Shown in pieces: positions 12,401 to 21,451 of a stretch of 64,000 nucleotides of DNA. Every line of letters starts with the position of its first letter. Positions within the stretch are counted from its first letter, which is position 1. A model generated the notes under the pieces. The model searched no databases and was not told where the DNA came from. It saw nothing but the letters and a program-made list of their open reading frames with translations. The translations under genes were made by a program, and so were the position numbers. This DNA comes from Azolla caroliniana (Eukaryota; Plantae; Polypodiophyta), in the NCBI GenBank assembly GCA_043228905.1, contig JBHGNT010000009.1:14136001-14200000 (forward strand), read 5' to 3'.

Positions 12401-15400
12401 TCAACAAATAACGATCGTCAATTTGAACCGATCGAAGGATCTGAACTAGATATTATGGCACCTAGGAGATTTGGAAGAGCTCGAAGGAAAACAGAGTTTT
12501 ATCAACCAGGCCTTGACTATGTCAACTACGGGATGTAGGCGAACCAAGCACGTATGAAGAAGCCATGGCTGCATCGGACGCCGAAGCATGGCTACAAGCC
12601 ATGAAATCCGAAATGGACTCGATTCATCAGAATCAGACATGGGAGTTGGTTGAACTACCAGTTGGAAGGAAGCCACTACCTTGCAAATGGGTTTTCCGAT
12701 ACAAGTATGTATCCAACTCAGAGAAACCCAAGTACAAAGCTTGACTTGTCGCGAAAGGATTCAAACAGGAATATGGGGTCAACTACGATGAGATATTCTC
12801 ACCAGTAGTCAAGATGACCACCCTTCGACTCCTACTAGGAGTCGTGGCGACAAAAGATCTAGAGCTCGAGCAGATGGACGTAAAGATGGCATTGCTACAC
12901 GGAGATATGGAAGAAGACATATACATGTCTCAACCGGCAGGCTTCACGACGACGGGGGAGGACAATCACCTCGTATGTCGACTAAAGAAAAGTCTATATG
13001 GCCTAAAACAAGCGCCAAGAATGTGCTACCAGAAGTTTGACTCCTACATACGACAGCTTGGATACAACAGAATAGACTCCGACCCATGCATGTATGTTTG
13101 GCAACTGGCCGACGAGTCAAGGATTTATCTGATCCTATATGTCGACGACATGTTGATTGTAGGGAGCAATCAAGCAGAGATCGGTAAACTGAAGTGGAGC
13201 CTTCACGCAAAGTTCGCCATGAAGGAACTCAAACAAGCCCGACACATACTGGGCATGAGGATAGAGCAAAATCGGATGTCATTGACCAAAACTCTCTGAT
13301 TCTCATAGTCTGAATACATCCGCAAGGTGCTGAAGCGCTTCAACATGGAGAATGCGAAGCCAACATTGATACCGCTTTCGACGTCGATTAGACTATCAGA
13401 CAGAGACTCTCTTGCAATGGACAAGGAGAGAGAGCTTAATGGAAAGATACCCTACACATCGGCAATAGGAAGTATCATGTACGCAATGGTGGCAACCTGA
13501 CCCGACCTAGTCTATGCAGGAGGGGTGGTCAACCGGTACATGTCAAACCCAAGAAAGAAGCACTGGGAGGCCGTCAAGCACATCCTTAGGTATCAAAAAG
13601 AAACCACGGATGCACAACTGAATTTCGGATTGACAACCTCAGTCGAAGTCGAAGTCTACACCGATTCCGACTATGCCGAGAACACGGACAATCAGAAATC
13701 GACATCAGGCTACATCTTCACATATGGTGGCGATGCGATATCATGGAGGTCGAAACTTCAAGAGTGCACGACTCTGTCTACCACAGAAACCGAGTACATA
13801 GCAGCATCGGAAGTAGCGAAGGAAGCGATCTGGCTGCACCGACTGACTGTCGACTTTGGAACTGCAAACCGAAACAACTGACCAACGCTGACCATTTATT
13901 GCGATTCACAGAGCGCAATTCACCTCATCAACAATCCCATCTATCATGTGAAGACGAAGCACATTGAGGTGCGGTATCATCATATCCGGGATCTCGTAAA
14001 CGAAAAGAAACTTGAAGTCTAGAAGATCGACACCGAGGTGAACATCGCCGATTGCCTGACGAAGCCACTCCAAGATCTACGCTTCGGAGCACTAAGGATG
14101 AAAATGGGGCTACGACAAGCGACCAAGCAGAAGAAAGCCGAACGAGGAGCAAAAGGTAAGATCTGATCGGAACAATAACGACACATCCTATACATCTGCC
14201 GACTCGGCTGCATGCTGACCGACTTGTAACATATAAACTTAGATCAATTTTGTAATCTAGGCTTACGGGGGAGATAATCCCAAACACTTGTACATGCACG
14301 AAAGAGTAGTCCTTTTACGGGGGAGTTTGTTGGCATAAAAGGCCGTCTCCTTCCAAATTGTATCCGTCCAAGTGTGAACTCGCTAATAAGTTAGGGCTTA
14401 GTATATAAGCGAATACCTAACATTGTAAACACGTTCACATTCACAAGTGGAAGGATCGCGCACAAATGGAAGGATAAGGAATATTCCGTTTGATTTTGGG
14501 GTTTTTTTTGCCATTTCACAAAACACCTTGATACCAGTATCACAAGTTCTCAAAAACTTGATGAAAAAGCTAAAATTTTCACCATTTGGTAAAATTGAAA
14601 AATGCCAAAATTTGGCCAAATACAAAAAGTAACTTTGTGTATTTTTAAGGAGAAATTACAACTAGTAGTATTTTAGATCCTAACGAAATCATACTCGAAA
14701 GATTTCAAAACAATCAACTTTTTTATTTTATTTGATGAAATATTGTCTAAATTTCTTTCATATCGTTGCACAAAAAATACATTTAAGAGTTATTTGCATC
14801 ACTATCATTATTCCTTTCTTGACAATCACTACTATAGCTAATATACAATTGTGACTCTTCCTCCTCATTTTTAAATGTACCAATCAAATCATTGTCTTCA
14901 CTAAATGGTGTCTCCAAATTGTGTGCACTAAATCTTGTCCGCCTTCAATTTGAGATATCTTCTAGTCTTGGTAATATCTTTTTTATTATGTCTGTCGTTG
15001 TTGTTCTTAAACATCCAACTTTTGTTAGTGTAAAGTCATACACAATGATATCCACCTCACTAATGTCAATGATAGATGTATTACAAAAGTTTAATGCATC
15101 ACCACGTCCAAAACTTTACCAATGCAGAATTGGTGCCCTAGGTGATGACCATCTACATGTGTAGCTATTAATATCCCCACCTTGAGTTCTTGCAAGTTTC
15201 CTTGTCACCTGAGTTATGCTCGTGTTGTCATCCTTAGTTCCAAAAAAAAAAAATTAAAAAATTAAAAAAAATAAATAAATAAAAATTTGAAAAAAATTAC
15301 TTTAAACATGAACTAGGTACATTGTACTGAATTGTGGTGAAAAATTAGGGTTTTTCATTAAGTCAAGTTCGAATTTTTTATTTTTTTAAATTCGGGGGAA

Positions 15401-16547
15401 AAAACTTTGAACATAAATTTGATACATTGTATGGAATTGTGATGAAAACTCTGTTTTTTACATCAACTCAATACAATGTATGGAGTTCATGTTTAGAAAT
15501 CTTTTTTTTTTTCAAATAAAAGAGGTTTAGGGTTTACATGAACTTGAATTGTACTAAAATATCTGTTTTGACAAGAGTAAAAGATGCATATGGATGTTGT
15601 AGAGAATTATATTGCACAACAAGATACCTTATGGTGAACATGTGCTTCCTTGATTAACAAAAAACCATTAATAATTGTGTTGATGGTAATTGAACCTTGC
15701 AAATGCCATTTACTTCACAAATTTTGTTGGGGAGCTCTCAAAATGAAGAAGAGGAGAGCATTGTGGATACCTTGATAAGTATGTGATATGTTCAAATTGA
15801 TATATTAATGTTTACATCTAAGTTTGGCAGTTTTGACAGTTTATGAATATCATCTACATTTTAGGAGTTATGGATTTATCAAAATTGTTTATGAATATTG
15901 TATACATTTCTTGAGTTGTGAATTTATGGATGTTAATGAGCACTAAATTTATAGACAATGGCATTAAGGATTACAATGTTACCTCTTATACTTAAAGTAT
16001 TTTCAAGTCTAACAATAGATGTAACTTCCACTTCTGGAATCTACATCTTCTCAAGATGGTGAAACCATTAATCTTAACTTGTGTGTTAAGTTAACCATTG
16101 TGATTTTCTTTAGGTTAACTACATTTCATATTTGCAAACCATCAACGTTTAAGAATTTATTGAAAAACTATTCAATTTTAAAAATGATCATTTTGAAACT
16201 TGTTAAGTCTCAAAAAATTAACAAATTTTACATGTTATTTAAAACATGTGATATTGGTGTATCAAGTTTCTGAAAATCGCCTAAAATTGCAAGATTATCA
16301 AAGGAATGTATAATTGGAATGCACGATCCTTCCACTTGTGAATGCAAACATGTTTGTAATGAGTAATGACGAGAAGAGTATTGTATCTCTGAGCGAGAAC
16401 GAAGTAATAAGAAGCTTTCCATTAAAGCTCGATCGACTGTCTAAGTCTCGATTCACTGTATTTTTTGTGTGTTGTTTTCTGTGCATAAGCGAACAGGTCC
16501 ACAAACGTTTTCCACATACGTATACATAGATATACATAGTTCTGACA
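9477..16547 (+). mobile_element. Full-length decayed Ty1/copia element (Tork/Tnt1-like); 3' LTR interrupted by the non-autonomous DNA transposon
   Basis: 5' LTR 9477-9765, PBS 9768-9779, gag-pol with many stops (WLLDSDAT, LWHGRLG, YVDDML, KHIEVRYH), PPT before 14328, 3' LTR 14328-14427 + 16359-16547, TSD CATAC at 9472-9476 and 16548-16552. Confidence 0.95.
14428..16354. mobile_element. Non-autonomous internal-deletion derivative of the transposase + ParB-MTase transposon family
   Basis: TIR AACACGTTCACATTCACAAGTGGAAGGATCGCGCA / TGCACGATCCTTCCACTTGTGAATGCAAACATGTT. TGTA is duplicated relative to the empty 5' LTR. Contains remnants of the transposase 3' end (~14820-15070), the palindromes (~15300-15560) and the MTase 3' end (~15730-15786). 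Confidence 0.9.
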
Positions 16548-17848
16548 CATACCCGAAAGGATGTTCGGGTTTTGACGCCGCTGCCTACGTCCGAGATTGT
16601 GGTGCTCACTCCATGGGATCATTGCCTGACGCTTGTTCCTCGTGTCGGTTGTCGGCCGAAGGCTCCCATAGTGGCTCTTCTTGAGGTTCCTCCCATGCTA
16701 CGTCAGCCGTGACTTCGGGGCTAAGGTGGGTATCACTTGGTGTGGGCTCTGGTGGTTGCGGTGCCATGGTAACCTCTAGGACTTCGTCGTCCCCCTCCGT
16801 AGGCTCGTGGGTGTTATGTTCCCCGGAGTCGCTGTTTGGGAGTATGATGGCCGCCACTCTTTTCGCCTCCTCTGTTTTTTGTTTTTCGGCTTCGATAGCT
16901 TGGAGTTGGAGGGAGGTATGAAGTTAGCTATCACCGAAATCCTCCATTAGTTGGGTTATCTCTTCGGAGTGGCGATCGACCAAGGCTTGGTAGTTTTGAG
17001 TAAGGTCCTATCGGACTGTGGCAATGCTTTCCTCTCTTAGCTTGTAGAAGCATTTTCCTTCCTTCTAGCGGTTCTCTCGATCCGCCCTGTAGATGTGGAG
17101 GTTAGCCGCTTGCGCCGCCCATCCGGCCCAACCTCTGTTTAGGGCCGCTTGCAATTGGGTTGTGAAGAGTTCGCGCTTTGTTTGGAGGAAAATGCGAATG
17201 CGCTCAGTGCTCATCTGCGTGTGTGCCTGTAAGTCCTCGAGACATTTTTGGAGGTTATCAATTTTGCGTGTGTTGGCAGTCGCAACTTCTTCGTAGATTG
17301 CTTTTACCCCTTTCCATATTTGTGAATCCTTTTCATGGATGAAAAGAATGGCGTGCGGAAGCAATATAGGAAACCGAACAACAGAAAACGCAAGTTTAAT
17401 GGAAAGCTTAGGTTTGCACAGTACGCACGGGAGAGACAGAGAGAGAGAGTAAACACAAGAAATTAATTCAAAAATAATACTCAATCTATAACACGTTCGC
17501 GTTCACAAGTGGAAGGATCGCGCATAAATGGAAGGATAAGGGTAATTTTAGGGGTTTTTCAATGATTTTACAAAACACATTGATACCAGTATCATACAAG
17601 TTCAAACATACTATGAAAAAGGTTAAAAATCCACTATTTTTGTGATTTAGAAGTAACTAAAAAAAGACGAATATCAAAAACGTACATTCTCAATTTATAT
17701 CACAAACTTTACAACCAATGTTATTTTATAAGAAACGATTTTTGGGAAATCATAAGAATTCAAAACACATGATTTTATATTACTCGATTTGTTACAAGCG
17801 GAATGTAGTTACACTTAATAGCCAAATATACATTCATGATAGAGTCCT

Positions 17849-20629
17849 TTACGGAGAATCACTACTATAACTAATATACAATGACGATTCCTCCTCATCA
17901 TCCTCGGATGTACCAATCAGTGCATTATCTTCGTCATAAACCAAATGGTTTGACTCTAGATTATATGTAGCAGATCTCGTTTGCCTTTGACTCGAGCCAC
18001 CTTGTAGACCTGGTAATTTTTCTTTTATTATATCTATTGTTGACTTCCTTAATCGTCCGGCTTTTGTAAGTGTGAAGTCGTACACGATGATATCCACATC
18101 AGAGATATCAAGGGTCGAGGTGTTACGAATGTTTCGCTTCCTCTTCCTACCTCCCCTTCTTGTTTGGCATTCAATCATCTCCAATGTATACTTACCTGTA
18201 AAAGCATTTGCACTTCTAGTGTTGTACCAATGAACATTTATAGACTTGATCGTGTTTTCTATTTCATGCATTAGCACTTCTAGAATTTTACCAACCCAAA
18301 ATTGGTGGCCATGTGAGTTCTCATCAGCCGGCGTTGCAATCAACATCCCCGCGGTGAGCTCTTGCAAATTTCCTTGCCATCTAGCTTCGGCTGCTTTGGT
18401 CATCCTTGGTCCCACATAAATGTCTCTTTGTTGTGGATGGACCAAGCTGTCATTAATCGCATTTACTAGTCGCTCCAGACTTCTATTTACGCGATCATGT
18501 TGCAGCGACCATGTGAATGGCGTTTCCAAATTCCAATTATCAACAGATACACAATTGTCTATAATTTCATTCTGATCACTATAAAATACATCCCACCATG
18601 ACGTGTCTTGTTGTGCGGCATATTTCTTGGCGGCCTCAATATGCTTTCTTTTTTCTTCTAAGGCTTGGAGCCATGACCGTTTTTGTTCTGATACCAAGTC
18701 GCTCTGCAACTGTCCTTTCTTCTCAATTGGCATTTGCTTAGCTCCATGGACAATTGTACTCGGCATACAAAGTAATAACTGGCAACCACCTTCAGGTTCC
18801 CATGTTGTAGAAGATGAATATTGTTTAGCATACAAAAGCGTAGAACCACTTATTCCATTTTTCTTTATCAAAAAAATGTGATTGAAACTTATATTGTTTA
18901 ACTGAGCAAGCACTTTAACATTCCCACCACCCCCATCTAATATATATCTCTTAAAGTCATATACCTCCTTCAAGTGTAACACTTTTGGGCGTGGTGTATA
19001 TGCATCACAAATGACATCAAATAGTTTAGGTAAAGTGAAAGCATCATGCCGAGACAACTGTCTGGAGAATGTGCTAAACATCTGATCTATATGGTCATGT
19101 GTGTGGCCAACCAAAAGGAAATTGACTTTCACTTTCCTAAACAATTCTAGGTTGACCAACATACTTAGATAGCCAAATACAGTTGAATTTTTGTTCTCTC
19201 TAGCAGTATTGTCCAATTGAATGTATAGAACAGGGGGGAAAGGTTGTCCCCAAGACATCAAAACTCGGTGAATCACTGTAACTGTTAGTTTAGGGTCATT
19301 GTGAACATTGGGGTAAGTAATGAAGACGTGAGGTCGAACAGACCTATTATAAGCCAAGCATCCCACCAAGTGCATTTGAACAAGGCACTCATCATTGACA
19401 TCTTTGGGGAGCCTCCGCATATGCGGCAAGCATGTCTTCTTCTGGTCCATGCCATCTATCATTAAGCACATGTATTGTTCAGGCCTCTTCAAACACTTCT
19501 CTCTATGATGCATCGCCTTCCTTCGTTCTAAGGATTGTGCCTCACGATGCTCTTGTAGTAACTTCTTACTCGTATCCTTTTCCATTGATGTCTTTGCACC
19601 TTTAGCCAAACTTTTAAGATTTGCACAAATGGAGCAATACCCCATACGTACTTTACGAGGAATAATAACATTTGAAAACCGAGCTCTCCATAATCTTGTG
19701 AATTGGCTATAGGTGATAGACTTATTACGTGAGCCCAGCATTTCAGATCGATAGACATCATAAACTTCCCGACGGGTATAATTATCAGAAAGATGCATCC
19801 TACCTGTAGTGGGCATTACTTCACAATTTAACTGAAAGTAAGCTTTCATCCAGCCAATAGCTAGTCTTCCAATTGCACCTTTCATACTTGGAACCTCTTT
19901 ACAATTGAGCATCTGATCCCCGCTAAGTAGACGTTGTTGTACTCTATGTAGCCGCATGTTACTAACACATAACGCAATTTTGAATGCAACTCTACATATC
20001 TGTTGCGCATGGAAGATATAATACTCGAATGATACTTTGATCCCCGTACATTTGTCAGATACTAGTTGCATATGTGATCCGAGGTAAGTGTCTTGCTCAT
20101 CACCGGTCATCGAAAAATAGTATCGCCTTAATTCTCGCAACTTTGATTTTCCAATCATAGACATACAACCACGGGCACAACATATTTTGTTGACATCAAA
20201 TCCAATCTGTTTATCTGATGTCACCAAGCTAAATCTAGCCAGACGAATTCTTCGTGGGATTCTTCTAATATGCATAGGGCTCCCAGATTTCTCTTCCTGC
20301 ATAGAGGTTGGTGTAACCTTGTTACAGTCTAATTCTCTGTTCTGACCATCGCCAATGTTATTCAATGTTTCCTGGGCACTTCCTTCATTCTCGGTATCTT
20401 TATTAATATCGTATTCTTCAATAGAGAACTCTTCACATGTGTCATTATTTACATTCCCTGTAGATGAGCTCAGACAATATTCTTCGATAGAATATGGTGA
20501 GTCAGTCGAAAGACAATATTCTTCAATCGAATATGGTGACTCTGTTGACAAACAATACTCTTCAGTAGAAAACGATGGGTCTGATGACAAACAATATTCT
20601 TCAATCGAGAACGGTGAATCTTCACTCAT
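17849..20629 (-). CDS. Intact intronless 926-aa DDD transposase, Sola1/DUF7869-like
   Basis: RNase H-fold motifs LMIDGMDQ, YIQLDNTARENKN and FLLVGHTHDHIDQMFS, with upstream ICRVAF and CSIC...H motifs. Sits between the TIRs. The superfamily call comes from recalled motifs, not a search. Confidence 0.85.
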   Translation of the reverse strand: MSEDSPFSIEEYCLSSDPSFSTEEYCLSTESPYSIEEYCLSTDSPYSIEEYCLSSSTGNVNNDTCEEFSIEEYDINKDTENEGSAQETLNNIGDGQNRELDCNKVTPTSMQEEKSGSPMHIRRIPRRIRLARFSLVTSDKQIGFDVNKICCARGCMSMIGKSKLRELRRYYFSMTGDEQDTYLGSHMQLVSDKCTGIKVSFEYYIFHAQQICRVAFKIALCVSNMRLHRVQQRLLSGDQMLNCKEVPSMKGAIGRLAIGWMKAYFQLNCEVMPTTGRMHLSDNYTRREVYDVYRSEMLGSRNKSITYSQFTRLWRARFSNVIIPRKVRMGYCSICANLKSLAKGAKTSMEKDTSKKLLQEHREAQSLERRKAMHHREKCLKRPEQYMCLMIDGMDQKKTCLPHMRRLPKDVNDECLVQMHLVGCLAYNRSVRPHVFITYPNVHNDPKLTVTVIHRVLMSWGQPFPPVLYIQLDNTARENKNSTVFGYLSMLVNLELFRKVKVNFLLVGHTHDHIDQMFSTFSRQLSRHDAFTLPKLFDVICDAYTPRPKVLHLKEVYDFKRYILDGGGGNVKVLAQLNNISFNHIFLIKKNGISGSTLLYAKQYSSSTTWEPEGGCQLLLCMPSTIVHGAKQMPIEKKGQLQSDLVSEQKRSWLQALEEKRKHIEAAKKYAAQQDTSWWDVFYSDQNEIIDNCVSVDNWNLETPFTWSLQHDRVNRSLERLVNAINDSLVHPQQRDIYVGPRMTKAAEARWQGNLQELTAGMLIATPADENSHGHQFWVGKILEVLMHEIENTIKSINVHWYNTRSANAFTGKYTLEMIECQTRRGGRKRKRNIRNTSTLDISDVDIIVYDFTLTKAGRLRKSTIDIIKEKLPGLQGGSSQRQTRSATYNLESNHLVYDEDNALIGTSEDDEEESSLYISYSSDSP

Positions 20630-21300
20630 GGCTTGAGGTCTAGATAGGGCTCTCTAAGTTATACTCCTCTCTAAACATATACTCCTCCCTAAACATAAAC
20701 TTCTCTCTAAACAAAAGCCAAATCAATAGAATGTCTATATTATGTAATATTCTATTAATACAATACATCTAAAAATTATTTTTAATAAAGTAATTTTACT
20801 TAAATTATCAATCATTATATAAACTAGATCTAAATGATGTTAAATCAAGTAAAATATAAAACTAATCATTAACAAGCCTTGAATATGTTGGATTAATGTT
20901 AAAATCATTGGCTAATTAATGACACCCATTTTGATATAGAACGTCTCACGCATTGGTTCTTTAATGCTCACCATTTTAAATATTAGACTTATCAATCATT
21001 GGTTAATTCATGCCCACATATTTAATACATAACATTTGAGAGTCATAACAATTGTTGCTTTTAGTAATCAATCATTGGTACATTCATGAACCTCTATCAT
21101 TGTCTCCTTCATAACCTTTGAAGTCATTGTAGGTTGTTATGACTATAAAAGATTGATCAATATGTTAGTTTGACTTTGTAATCATTAATACAATCATAAG
21201 TTACTCTAGTTAATGTGACTATGGTTACCAACTAACTATCCTCAAAGTTACCAACATTGGTTAAGGTGACTATGGTTACTTTAACCATGTGTTCAATCCC

Positions 21301-21308
21301 TATAAATA
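21301..21308 (+). promoter_or_regulatory. TATA box of the ParB-MTase gene
   Basis: CCTATAAATA lies ~150 bp upstream of ATG 21452, with a pyrimidine-rich Inr-like TCACTCA ~27 bp downstream. Confidence 0.6.
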
Positions 21309-21451
21309 GGAAGACCTCATCATATTTCACTCACCAGAGCGTACAGAGCGTACAGAGCACACAGAACGTAGAGAGCACATAGAGCACACAAAGCACTCAG
21401 AGCACAAAGCACGAAAGCGCGATCTCCGCCTCCACTTCAACACGAACAACC

